Source of the DNA: an uncultured bacterium
Lineage (GTDB): Bacteria; UBP4; UBA4092
Assembly (NCBI GenBank): GCA_964644695.1
Contig: CAZXWN010000009.1
Coordinates: 62,001-102,423 of the forward strand
Reading direction: 5' to 3'
Length of the DNA: 40,423 nucleotides
This document shows positions 19,886 through 29,333 of the stretch, piece after piece; position 1 is the first letter of the stretch; the number at the start of each line of letters is the position of its first letter. Below the pieces are notes generated by a model, which was not told the DNA's origin, ran no database searches, and saw only the letters and a list, made by a program, of their open reading frames with translations. Made by a program: the position numbers and the translations under genes.

Positions 19886-20368
19886 ATAGAGTTGAGACTT
19901 GCCAGGTGATCGCGTCAGTGGATTTGTCCAAGTTCTGAAACAGGAACTGAAGACCCCACTGCCGAGGAAAGTCCGGGCTCCAGTGGGCAGGGTGGTCGGC
20001 AACACCGACCCTTCCCCCGGTAATAAGGGGAAGAGGGCCAGTGCCACAGAGACTATACCGCCTCCTCCGGCCTTTAGTGGCATTACGTGAGGAGGTAAGG
20101 GTGAAAAGGCGGGGTAAGAGCCCACCGGGCTGGCAGTGATGTCAGTTGCATGGTAAACCCCACCCGGAGCAAGATCGAATAGGGAAGTTCGGGGATACGA
20201 TTCAGGATACCTTCACAGGCGTCCGAAAATTCCCCACCGGTCTGCCCGACCGGAAACTTCCGGGTTGATTGCTAGACTGGAACAGCAATGTTCCGGCGAG
20301 AGGAATGATCACCACCCCGAAACATTCGGGGGAACAGAACCCGGCTTATAAGCAAGTCTCAGCTCTAT
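19886..20368 (+). ncRNA. rnpB: RNase P RNA, bacterial type A
   Basis: GAGGAAAGTCCGGGCTCC, AGTGCCACAGA, GGGTGAAA, GGTAAACCCCACCCGGAGCAA, ACAGAACCCGGCTTA; terminal P1 pairing ATAGAGTTGAGACTTGC/GCAAGTCTCAGCTCTAT. Confidence 0.97.
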
Positions 20369-20400
20369 TATTTATGAGTAAATTCCCAGGAAAGTCTATC

Positions 20401-20715
20401 CTAACTTACCCATTTAAGGCCGATTAACCCACCTAGAATCATCACCAGGAAGAATATTCTGGAAAAATAGGCAGGATCCCCTAACCAGAGTATTCCAATC
20501 ACTGCGGTCCCTATAGCTCCGATTCCTGTCCATACCGCGTAGGCTGTACCCAGAGGCAGGTTTTTTAAGGCAAAGGAAAGAAAGACGAAGGAGATAATCA
20601 TGCCGAGAATGGTAATCACGGTCGGGAGAGGTTTTGTGAATCCCAACGATAGTTTCATGGCAACTGCCCAGACCACTTCAAACAGACCCGCAATAAGTAA
20701 GTACCACCATGCCAT
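20401..20715 (-). CDS. sugE: SMR family exporter, Gdx/SugE subtype
   Basis: 104 aa, 4 TM; AGLFEVVWA (E13, W16), SF, LPLGTAYAVWTGIG. Confidence 0.9.
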   Translation of the reverse strand: MAWWYLLIAGLFEVVWAVAMKLSLGFTKPLPTVITILGMIISFVFLSFALKNLPLGTAYAVWTGIGAIGTAVIGILWLGDPAYFSRIFFLVMILGGLIGLKWVS

Positions 20716-20765
20716 GATGACCTCCAGAAAATATTGAGATGATGACTGTCTAATGCTAGAAAGTA

Positions 20766-20804
20766 TTATAACGGAACCCCGAATGGTTCAGGATTCCGTT
20801 ATAA
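20766..20804 (-). terminator. Long hairpin between the hydrolase gene and sugE
   Basis: 18-bp stem, fully paired only on the minus-strand RNA (two G-U pairs), followed by UACUUUCU. Confidence 0.55.
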
Positions 20805-20829
20805 GAATGAATGAGTTTGTCGGGATTAT

Positions 20830-22839
20830 TTATTCTGCTTCAAAGGACCATACTTCCACGGGAACCGCCGTGCCTGCATTCAGGTCCTTGGTTTGTACAC
20901 CCTCAGTGATGGGTTTGGTCATAACCCATGTTTCCGACATAATAATGGCGTTGGTCAGAGGATGCCGGACATTCATAGTGTAAATCCCCACGGGTAAATC
21001 AATAAAGGCATAATAACCGGTAATGTCTGATTTACAGGTGTAAGTCAGTCCGTTATTTTGATTAATCAACTCCACGGTGGCTTTATAAATCTTACCGGGG
21101 GACTTCAGTCCATTGAAATAGGGTTTGGGTCCGGCAATCTCAGGCGAACAGGAGATATGTCCTTTTAATATTCCAGTGGAGGTACTTGTTGTCCATGGCA
21201 TGGCGGGTACGTTTGCTTTCTTTTGGAAAAAAGAGATTGTTAGTGCAGAAAAGAAAACATCGTTGGAAACGCCATCACTGTTGGTTGCCTGATAATCATA
21301 TAAAACAAGACCTTTGGCCTTTGATGAGTAGCGTGAGTAGGATAACTGGGACATGGTGCTGGTAACGGAGTTCAGATAAACACCAGGGCCAATCCAGGCA
21401 TGGCGGTTATAGGATGAGTTTACGGCAAAGTCAGACCACCGTCGATAATCAATATATTGAGTGGCATTTGCCTCACGGAAATAGTTCATCGGGAGGCAGG
21501 CATCCAGATAACCTTTTTTCATCCAGGTATGCCAGTCCTGATACACACTATAGTATGGGCGGGTACTCTCAAATCCTGGATTGGGTCCGGGACTCCAGGT
21601 AATCAAAGCCCCTGAGATAACGACTTTGGGATTACAGGCTTTCATTTCAGCGTAGAGTTTTCGAGCCAGGTCAGTTACTCTGTCCCGCCGCCACTGATTC
21701 CAGTTATCGTCATCATTGGTAGAGGGAGCTGCATACCCATATTCCTCGGCAAACCATGTGGTCGCCACCGTATTGTATCCGGCATTACTGGCGAGGTGCC
21801 GGAAATAATCATAGGACACTCCATCCATCGTTGGATAATTTGAAACCGCCGAAGTATAAACAGACACCAGATAATTAATGGCTTCGGGATGGCCCGGGTC
21901 ATAGACATAAGTGTTTTCGACAATCATTGAACCGGTGTTGGTTCGGGTGAACCAGGTGGACATTTGGGAGGTGGGATAATCCGTCCGGCCATATACACTG
22001 CCATCGACTTTCCACCCGCGCATGGTCACCATCCATCCGTGAACACCGATATATTGTTTTCCATTGCTGGTGTCGTGGCACAGAGACAGGAGTGTTGAAA
22101 GGATGTCAAACTGGGGAGGGGTTATATTATCAGCCCAGGGTTCCAGGGGAGATTTATAGTAGGCGTCGGAGATTTTTCGGATTTCCGGGATGATGGTGTT
22201 GAAGTTATACTTGCGGGCATCATTTACTAAAGTGGAACATTGTGAGGCCGACAACATTCCTGAATTCCAGGACTCTATCCAAAATCCTCTGACTTCGGGA
22301 GTGGTATCCATGCTGATGGGAGGTTGTCCACCCCCTGTGGTGGTTGTGGAAACAGAAACAACAAAACGAACGGCATCGGCCATAATGACTTTTGTATTCA
22401 ATGAACTGTTATTGTCCAGTTGAATGGAACCGGTACTTCCGGAGGAAAAGGGGAATGTTCCCAGCTTCACCCATTGTTTACCAGTTACCTGTTGGTCTAT
22501 CCGTAATGTCGTTGCCCCACCCTGATAATTTATGGTGTAGGAAGCATCCGCGGCCCGGTTTGTTCCATTAACATACCAGGTATAAACATCATAAGTGGTG
22601 CTTGCGGGCAGGGTAGGACGAAATTCACTTTTGGCTGTTGCTGCGATAGTGGTGGTAAAGGCGTAGTGATAATTAGTTCCCCAATATCCACTGTATGTTC
22701 CCGTAAGCCAGGAACCGCTTAACACAGTAAAGCCGCTGTCCGTATTATCGACAATCACTTCCTGTGTGCTTCCAACACTTACCATCAACAAACACAATAC
22801 AATACTCAGACATATCCGTTCCACAATACGACAACACAT
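20830..22839 (-). CDS. Secreted glycoside hydrolase-like protein (golvesin/Xly-like N-domain, GHL10/DUF187 TIM barrel, carboxypeptidase-regulatory-like C-domain)
   Basis: Signal peptide; IVDN.D.GF...W...ADAVRFV domain; EVRGFW, DPGHPE, DG..YDYFR, WNQWRRDRVT, YQDW..W...G.LD...PMNY; GGAGG RBS favours ATG 22839. Confidence 0.8.
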   Translation of the reverse strand: MCCRIVERICLSIVLCLLMVSVGSTQEVIVDNTDSGFTVLSGSWLTGTYSGYWGTNYHYAFTTTIAATAKSEFRPTLPASTTYDVYTWYVNGTNRAADASYTINYQGGATTLRIDQQVTGKQWVKLGTFPFSSGSTGSIQLDNNSSLNTKVIMADAVRFVVSVSTTTTGGGQPPISMDTTPEVRGFWIESWNSGMLSASQCSTLVNDARKYNFNTIIPEIRKISDAYYKSPLEPWADNITPPQFDILSTLLSLCHDTSNGKQYIGVHGWMVTMRGWKVDGSVYGRTDYPTSQMSTWFTRTNTGSMIVENTYVYDPGHPEAINYLVSVYTSAVSNYPTMDGVSYDYFRHLASNAGYNTVATTWFAEEYGYAAPSTNDDDNWNQWRRDRVTDLARKLYAEMKACNPKVVISGALITWSPGPNPGFESTRPYYSVYQDWHTWMKKGYLDACLPMNYFREANATQYIDYRRWSDFAVNSSYNRHAWIGPGVYLNSVTSTMSQLSYSRYSSKAKGLVLYDYQATNSDGVSNDVFFSALTISFFQKKANVPAMPWTTSTSTGILKGHISCSPEIAGPKPYFNGLKSPGKIYKATVELINQNNGLTYTCKSDITGYYAFIDLPVGIYTMNVRHPLTNAIIMSETWVMTKPITEGVQTKDLNAGTAVPVEVWSFEAE

Positions 22840-22881
22840 CACACGATCCTCCAAAACGACACGCTACATTTGCACTCCAAG

Positions 22882-22910
22882 ATTTTACTGTATTTATGGA
22901 TTTTTGCCAA
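22882..22910 (-). promoter_or_regulatory. Putative promoter of the hydrolase gene
   Basis: TTGGCA-N17-TAAAAT. Confidence 0.5.
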
Positions 22911-22970
22911 CAATGAATACTTTTTGATAATCATTGTCCTGTGTGATGTCAAGATAAATTGAGAGGTGGA

Positions 22971-23648
22971 TTAGCCGTTTATGAATTTATAGATTTTCTT
23001 GTCCTCGGCGGCGGGATTAAGTCTGTGTATGTGTTGCGCTATTTTATTGAAGGCATCCTGTTTAGATATTGTGGCGGCTTTTTTGAAGACATCTTTCCCA
23101 AAAAAATCTTCTGTGATACAGAACACCGTGGAGGGCCATCCATACTCGCTTCCTCCCCAGGAGGTTTTCCTTGCTCTGCCGCACATGGTAAGAAACATCT
23201 TCATTTGGAGCTCCACCAGTGCTCCCTCAAACCGGGAATTATCTTCCTTCGAAAATTCACCTAACCGCTTAATCAAGTGCAGCGGAAGCGCTCCCTCCTG
23301 GCGGATAACCTCATACACTCTCTTGGCATAATGACTGACTGTCCCTGACAAATACGCGTCATCAAAACTATTCTCCTGCCGGCGAACGGCCAGGAAATAG
23401 GGGTACCAGTCTTTCGTGATATATCCACTTTTACGGAAGAAGAGTTTCGCATAAGCGATATCGTTACGCTCATCCAATACGCGTATCCGCCATTCCCAGG
23501 GGTCTGTATCAAGGTCATTAGTATGCCATTGAACATCTTCTCCGAATGAGGAACACAGTGAGAAGATCCCTTCACTATTGGGTCCGCCGACTGAGAACCC
23601 CGTCTTTAGCAGGGCTTTTGTGAAATCGTTGAAGTTATTTATTATCAT
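22971..23648 (-). CDS. Conserved hypothetical protein, AlkZ-related winged-helix family
   Basis: DPWEWR, IAYAKLF..KSGYI.KDWYP.F...RR, ALVELQMKMFL, YGW motifs; family recognised from memory only. Confidence 0.6.
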   Translation of the reverse strand: MIINNFNDFTKALLKTGFSVGGPNSEGIFSLCSSFGEDVQWHTNDLDTDPWEWRIRVLDERNDIAYAKLFFRKSGYITKDWYPYFLAVRRQENSFDDAYLSGTVSHYAKRVYEVIRQEGALPLHLIKRLGEFSKEDNSRFEGALVELQMKMFLTMCGRARKTSWGGSEYGWPSTVFCITEDFFGKDVFKKAATISKQDAFNKIAQHIHRLNPAAEDKKIYKFING

Positions 23649-23726
23649 GGTGCGTCCAGTGTTTGATTTTTGAAATTCACTTCTATGAGTCTTATGTTTA
23701 TATCACAGGAAGATATATCCAGGAAT

Positions 23727-23758
23727 GAAAAACCCCCGATCATCGCTGACCGAGGGTT
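23727..23758 (-). terminator. Intrinsic terminator of the secretin operon
   Basis: Minus strand AACCCTCGGTCA-GCGA-TGATCGGGGGTT followed by TTT. Confidence 0.8.
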
Positions 23759-23776
23759 CGTAAAATAATCGTGAGC

Positions 23777-25717
23777 TTATTGGAATACCGGTGGGGGTAC
23801 TGGTTGAACCGGAGTCGGTTTTACTGGTTGTCCATCATTTGAATTATCCATGATTTTGTTGAGCGGGGGATTGTCCTGAGGAGTTTCTCCACTCATGGTG
23901 TCCGTATTGGTGGTTGCAGAGTCCTCTGGGTTTTCCAATAGACCGACAGGACGTTTCTTCTTTTTCTTATCAAGACTGGCTTTATCATCGTCATACATCA
24001 GTTTCTTGGCACGATAAGCATCGGGGTACAGTTTCTCAGCTTCTTCCTGTGAGCCCTGTACAACATGCGGGGTAATGAAGAGTAACAGATTGCGTTTATT
24101 TTTGGCGTTGCTTCGGCTGCCGAAGAGGCTCTTTCCAACGAAAGGAATATTTTCCAGGAAGGGGATTCCTGAACCGGATTCAGTTTTGGACTTGCTTACC
24201 AGACCACCGATGACAACTGTCTCATTGTTCTTAGCCTGGATGATTGTATCTGCTTTGGAGGTTGTGGTTTTTACGCCAGTGAATGTGTTTCCAGAAGACC
24301 CTGTATTCAAGGTAACTGGGTCTGCGGCCGTATTCTCAAGGGTGATTTCCAGATTGATGACTCCATCTGCATTGATGTGCGGCTTTACCTTTAACTTGAT
24401 ACCATATTCCTGGGACGTTTGGGTGTAATACTGTTGTTGGGTGGTCACTCCATTGCTGGTATATGGTTGTGTGTAGAGGGTCGTATAGGGCTGAGTACCA
24501 CCGACCAGGAAGTTTGCGGTTTCGTCATTCTTAACCATAATTCGGGGACTGGCCAGCAGCTCCGTATTAGCGCCGAGCTTACTGGAGGCTTTCGCTGTCG
24601 CTGAAAGGTTGAAGTTCACCAGGGACGTATTATGATCGTAGTAGTTTCTGAAGGCTTCCCCAAAGTTCCAGTTTTTGATGGGTAGTAGAATGTTGGCCGC
24701 AGAGGCTTGGGACAGTGCGAATCCTCCACCGTAAGACCAGTCAATACCCAGTTCAAGGCTCTTTTGATAGTCCATGTCCACAATCTCAGCCTCAATGTAA
24801 ACGATTCGGTTTGGTTGGTCGAGTGCGGCAATAACCTTTTCAATTCGGTCTAAATTGGAGGGGATATCATCGACAACAATACGGCTATTGCGTTTATCCG
24901 CTTTGATATAGCCTTTTTTAGTGATGAGATCCTTAATGGCAGCTTCGATGTCTTCCGGCTTAGCATACCGGATTTCGAAGACTTCCATCATGGTTTTTAC
25001 ATCGAGAGTTTTGATGAGCTTTTTGATTTTCTCAAGAATCGTGGGGATGTCGGTAATGATTAATGAATTAGTTCTTTCATCAAGCTGAATCTCCCCTTTA
25101 GCGCTTTTGATTTTCTCCACCAACGTTTTTACATCGGAAGCTATTGCGTACTGGAGAGGGAATATTTCGACATCGAGAGGAACATCCAGGCTCTGAATAG
25201 CGGCTTCAATGCGGGCCAGATTCTCAGGTGTATCGGTTATTTGGAGGAGGTTTGTCCGTTCATCTTTAGTTATTTTGCCGGCCGATGACAGCATGGACTG
25301 GATGGTGTTTTGGATGTCGCTGGCATTGGTGTTTTGTATGTACACCACCTTGGTGATAACATTCCCCTTCATGTACTCGTCGTATTCCGCCTTGGTCATA
25401 ATTGTGATGGTGTTATCCTTGCGGATCCATGTCCAACCATTAGGACTGGTGATGGAATCGAGAGCTTCTTCCAAAGAGGCTTTCGTTAATGCCACATTTA
25501 CATTTCCCGTAGCGCCCTTGCTGGCTACTACACCGACACCAAAAGTATCGCCGATGATGCTAAGCAGGTTATTTAAGGGTTGGTCGGACAAGGTCAGAGT
25601 TAATGCCGGCGGTTCCTGTGCCATGACAGGCTGGACCACCACGGTGCCCAAGGCTATCAGGACAGCACACAGGATAAAGGTCACTCCCTGACGTTTGATA
25701 GTTTCATATAAATTCAT
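23777..25717 (-). CDS. Secretin (GspD/PilQ family)
   Basis: Signal peptide, N0 domain, three D.RTN.L.I.D repeats, VYIEAEIV..ELGIDW, TVVIGGL, GIPFL..IPFVG.LF, LLLFITPHVV; GGAGG RBS favours ATG 25717. Confidence 0.93.
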   Translation of the reverse strand: MNLYETIKRQGVTFILCAVLIALGTVVVQPVMAQEPPALTLTLSDQPLNNLLSIIGDTFGVGVVASKGATGNVNVALTKASLEEALDSITSPNGWTWIRKDNTITIMTKAEYDEYMKGNVITKVVYIQNTNASDIQNTIQSMLSSAGKITKDERTNLLQITDTPENLARIEAAIQSLDVPLDVEIFPLQYAIASDVKTLVEKIKSAKGEIQLDERTNSLIITDIPTILEKIKKLIKTLDVKTMMEVFEIRYAKPEDIEAAIKDLITKKGYIKADKRNSRIVVDDIPSNLDRIEKVIAALDQPNRIVYIEAEIVDMDYQKSLELGIDWSYGGGFALSQASAANILLPIKNWNFGEAFRNYYDHNTSLVNFNLSATAKASSKLGANTELLASPRIMVKNDETANFLVGGTQPYTTLYTQPYTSNGVTTQQQYYTQTSQEYGIKLKVKPHINADGVINLEITLENTAADPVTLNTGSSGNTFTGVKTTTSKADTIIQAKNNETVVIGGLVSKSKTESGSGIPFLENIPFVGKSLFGSRSNAKNKRNLLLFITPHVVQGSQEEAEKLYPDAYRAKKLMYDDDKASLDKKKKKRPVGLLENPEDSATTNTDTMSGETPQDNPPLNKIMDNSNDGQPVKPTPVQPVPPPVFQ

Positions 25718-25777
25718 CCGTATTTCCTCCAACGGTACTTATTTCCGGTCTCTTTGAATAAGGACAGCTTTACCTGA

Positions 25778-26575
25778 TTAGGGCGTTAACTCCTGGGACA
25801 TGCTGCCGTATTGCATGATCACTTTATTTTGTAATACTTGTTTAACGGTGACGTGTTGTAACACTTCACCCTCTTTGACTTTGTGACTCCTGTTATCGCC
25901 TGTAATAATAAAGGCTGTCTTCAAACCAGGAACTGTTCCTTTGAGTTTCCATCCGCCAATCATCTGAGAAATAGGCATCAGGGAGACGGTTCGAGATTCG
26001 TCTGGATTTTTGGTGTTAACAACTAATACCTGGTTTTTATCCTTCTCGATAGACTTAATCAGAACTTTATCGATTAGTTCGCCGGCACGGACCTCATGTT
26101 GCTGACTACGGAAGTCCTGAATCAGCGCCACTCCATCATTAGAGATTTCCCAAAGAACCCAGTTTCTGGTCATAACATCCAGGGTTTCCCGTGGCGGTGG
26201 AGGGGGTGGGGGTGGAGCAATCAGCAGGGAGAACATATCTCTTTGTCCAATCCCCTGATGGTAATTCTGAGTATCCCGGCTGTATTCAGTAAATTCGACA
26301 TCGGTTTCATTGGTGGGCCGAATCACACCCGAAGTGACAGCGCTGATATTCACCACAGCACCGTTGGCCAGAGTCGTCATATTACTTAAGGCTCCGGTGG
26401 TCAATTTACTCAGAGTCGAAGTAGTATCTTGTGCCAGAGTGGACAGTTTCTTCCGTTTCTTAGGTCGATTCGCCGTTGTGTCCATGGGCCAGAACAGATA
26501 GACCCCGACAACGACCAGCAGGAGCACAGCCAGTATTAAGGTGAGGACGATGTATTTACGGTTTTGAGGCATCAT
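25778..26575 (-). CDS. Membrane-anchored PilP/GspC-like protein
   Basis: N-terminal TM, RDMF plus polyproline linker, two repeats of A.I....H.V..GE....V.IK.I....V; lies between pilO-like and secretin genes. Confidence 0.6.
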   Translation of the reverse strand: MMPQNRKYIVLTLILAVLLLVVVGVYLFWPMDTTANRPKKRKKLSTLAQDTTSTLSKLTTGALSNMTTLANGAVVNISAVTSGVIRPTNETDVEFTEYSRDTQNYHQGIGQRDMFSLLIAPPPPPPPPRETLDVMTRNWVLWEISNDGVALIQDFRSQQHEVRAGELIDKVLIKSIEKDKNQVLVVNTKNPDESRTVSLMPISQMIGGWKLKGTVPGLKTAFIITGDNRSHKVKEGEVLQHVTVKQVLQNKVIMQYGSMSQELTP

Positions 26576-27144
26576 TTCGCGGTTACATCCTCTTTTTTCT
26601 CAATAACCTTCCCCATCCGCAGTGAGGTTTGCAAGGTTGGATTCTTCGCCGCTTTCGCTTTGGTGGATATGGCCAGATAATCAATATAAAGGCCATGTTC
26701 CTGAACGGATTGCAGGAAATCCCCCACCGTGCGTAAATCCGAATCAAATGCGACTTGCAGGGAGTAGGCCTGATAATTGGTCTTGGATATTTTCTTTCTT
26801 AGAACTGGATCCATTCGGGTATATTGGGTGTTGGCTTCCTTTTGCATTTCTTCAGCCTGGAGCAGCATCGTGTCTTCCGGCCGGGCATTGGGGTCTTTCA
26901 GCCGGATAGCCTTTTGATACTGATCAAAATCAGCCCGAATCGTCTTTTCATCCTTGATTAAGGATTTAATCTTCTTTAGTTCAGCTTTTTTCTGATTCAG
27001 CTTTGTTGTCGTCAGATTCCACTGTTCCCAAAGAGGCCAAATCCCCATATTAAAGATGATATAGAACAGAACAACGGCAACGGTCATGAAGAAAAGCCGT
27101 TTTTCTTTTTGTGTTTTAAATAACCGGTTGAGAAGTTCGTTCAT
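26572..27144 (-). CDS. PilO/GspM-like inner membrane protein
   Basis: KEKR then TM, coiled coil, ferredoxin-like C-terminus; GGAGGAG RBS upstream of ATG 27144. Confidence 0.7.
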   Translation of the reverse strand: MNELLNRLFKTQKEKRLFFMTVAVVLFYIIFNMGIWPLWEQWNLTTTKLNQKKAELKKIKSLIKDEKTIRADFDQYQKAIRLKDPNARPEDTMLLQAEEMQKEANTQYTRMDPVLRKKISKTNYQAYSLQVAFDSDLRTVGDFLQSVQEHGLYIDYLAISTKAKAAKNPTLQTSLRMGKVIEKKEDVTAK

Positions 27145-27148
27145 AATA

Positions 27149-28768
27149 CTAATACTCCTCCCCGGAATCGGACTGTTTACTGGCATTTGCCTCAGTTGCC
27201 GTAATATCGCTCTTATCAGGTCTTATTTTTGCAACGACTTGGAACCGGATGACCGGCTGGCCTTCCATAGTATCGGGGTTCTGGCTTTGCAGCGAGACCT
27301 GTTCAAATAAGCCGATGCGTTCCACTTCATAACGGAAATTGACGGCTTCTTCCAGTGTTCGGGTCACGGCTGTAATCGTAATCGTACGATTACGTTCATA
27401 AACAAACTTTTCTAATGCCACACGCGTCGGAATAGTATTTAAATTACTCAAACTGGAAAGGGTTTGGATTCCGACATCTTTCTGATTCACCATTTTACGG
27501 ATGGCGTCTAATTGCTTTTTGATTTCTTCAAGGTCAGCGGCTTTCGGACGGTCTCGCAGTAATTCACGGTCAATCTGATTAATACTATTGACCATCGAAT
27601 TGTACTTCTGGAATCCACTGTAAACCCCGAAACCTATCAAGGCTAAAACAGCCACGCCCGCCAGAGCAACCCATTGATACCGTTGGTTCTTAACGCGTTT
27701 CCGGAGAATCTCCGGAGGGAGAAGATTAACAGCGACTCCGAGGTCTGCTGTTACTTTCCTCATGGCCAGCCCGAAGGCGGAATTCAGTTCGGGTAAGGCT
27801 TTTCCATTCTCCGTAACACAGGCCGCTGAGGTAACAGGGAGACCTAATTCTTTCTCCAGATATTCACCGAGGGACTTGATTCTACTAAGCCCACCAGACA
27901 GGAAAATACCGTGCATCTGACTGATTGTGAACTCAGAGCCGAAATAATCCAGAGACCGTTTAATTTCATTTTCAATGCGTTGCTGCCAGGTGTTAATTGC
28001 GTCAGAGAGGTCATCCCGGTTGTATTCGGTAATGCCGTAATCTTCTTTCAGAAGGTCTATTTTATCGATGAGCTTCCGGGCCTCAACTTCGGTGATGTCC
28101 AGGGACTCCCGTAACAGTTTCTGAAGCAGTCCGCCGCTGACATTTGTCGAACGGTTATATTTCAGGGATCCGTTCTGAACCAGGGACATATCCAGTGAGG
28201 CATAGCCGAAATCCAGAACCAGATAGTTTTTGTTGGGTTCTTTGAATTTAGCGGGATAGACTCGACGGAGACCCCGAATCAGCGCTAGTGAATTACAATC
28301 CAGGGAGTAAGGTTCCAAATGGACAGATTTCAACAGGTTCAGATGTTCTTCGACCTGTTCTCTGCGGCATACTGCCATTAATAATTCAGAACCACCCAGG
28401 TGTGACGAACCCAGTAATTCAAAATCTACAATGTCATTATCAGTATAAAAAGGAACATATTTAGAGGCTTCAAACCTCAGCATCTGCTGGACTTCGGATA
28501 CGGAATTAGTCGGTAAAGCAAGATACCGGACCACAACAGATTGTTTCGGGATGGCCGAAACCAGATGGGTCGGTGATATTTTGCATTGAACCAGCAGTTT
28601 TTTGATAGCATCTGCGACAGGGTTTCCTGCCCCAAGTTCATCACTGGCGGCAGTAACCTCTACCATCCCGTAGGCCAGGACTTTGAAGGAATCACCGCGG
28701 CCGTGTTTCACCTGGACCAGTTTTACACTGTCCGAGCCGATGTCTAATCCGGTAACTATTTGAGCCAT
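27149..28768 (-). CDS. pilM: PilM-PilN fusion protein
   Basis: Actin-like PilM motifs GLDIGSDSVK, LDFG, LSGG, AFGLAMR, followed in frame by the PilN motif NLLP, a TM helix and a periplasmic domain. Confidence 0.88.
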   Translation of the reverse strand: MAQIVTGLDIGSDSVKLVQVKHGRGDSFKVLAYGMVEVTAASDELGAGNPVADAIKKLLVQCKISPTHLVSAIPKQSVVVRYLALPTNSVSEVQQMLRFEASKYVPFYTDNDIVDFELLGSSHLGGSELLMAVCRREQVEEHLNLLKSVHLEPYSLDCNSLALIRGLRRVYPAKFKEPNKNYLVLDFGYASLDMSLVQNGSLKYNRSTNVSGGLLQKLLRESLDITEVEARKLIDKIDLLKEDYGITEYNRDDLSDAINTWQQRIENEIKRSLDYFGSEFTISQMHGIFLSGGLSRIKSLGEYLEKELGLPVTSAACVTENGKALPELNSAFGLAMRKVTADLGVAVNLLPPEILRKRVKNQRYQWVALAGVAVLALIGFGVYSGFQKYNSMVNSINQIDRELLRDRPKAADLEEIKKQLDAIRKMVNQKDVGIQTLSSLSNLNTIPTRVALEKFVYERNRTITITAVTRTLEEAVNFRYEVERIGLFEQVSLQSQNPDTMEGQPVIRFQVVAKIRPDKSDITATEANASKQSDSGEEY

Positions 28769-29001
28769 AACTCTTTCGTTTTCCGATGAGAATGTCCTGA
28801 ATCACGGATTTCCACCCGGTCAGGTTAAACGATACATTATACCCTTAATTATGGGGTTTTGACGATATTCTGTAAACGATTGATTTTATTGTTGTCTTTC
28901 TTAATACTTTAATGAATCCCGAAAAGAAGACGTTACTGTAAAAAAAATCATTTTGACCCCGAATAATTCTTATTTTACTCCGGAATAATGATGTTACTTA
29001 A

Positions 29002-29030
29002 GTTATAGCAAGGAATTGCCATTTTGTCAG
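29002..29030 (-). promoter_or_regulatory. Putative promoter of the pilMN operon
   Basis: CTGACA-N17-TATAAC with an extended TG; implies a leader of about 230 nt. Confidence 0.45.
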
Positions 29031-29041
29031 TGGGTTTTTTC

Positions 29042-29086
29042 CGAAGAATCCACGGAGTTGCTCGGAATAAGTCCGTGGATGGTTCG
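29042..29086. repeat. 45-bp palindromic intergenic repeat, copy 3
   Basis: CGAAGAATCCACGGAG-TTGCTCGGAATAA-GTCCGTGGATGGTTCG. Confidence 0.85.
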
Positions 29087-29333
29087 TTTCTGCTTCGTAT
29101 CTGATTCGTTGGTGGGGGTGGGGTTATAGTCAGGTAAAATAGAAGATAATAGATATTAGGTATTTGATAGATAAGGGAAGATTTGTTAATATATTAAAGG
29201 TTAGAATGGGGAAGAAGGTTTTTATGAGTCCCCGTTTTTTTATGTGTGTTGTCGGGTGTTTCATCCGAAATGACAGTTCAATTCAACGTCAAGTCACCTA
29301 ATTTTATTCAATTAAATAAAGGAGTAGTAGTAT

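Noticed and set aside
19868..20125. ORFs of 85 and 63 aa
   Set aside because: They overlap the RNase P RNA gene
26192..26216. G-rich tract as a G-quadruplex or simple repeat
   Set aside because: It encodes the polyproline linker of the PilP/GspC-like protein
28769..29000. c-di-GMP riboswitch in the long pilMN leader
   Set aside because: No GEMM core (GGCAAACC...GAAA...GACGCAAAG) is visible on the coding strand
29007..29021. Sigma54 promoter TGGCAATTCCTTGCT on the minus strand
   Set aside because: GG-GC spacing is 9 nt, not the required 10; a sigma70 reading fits better
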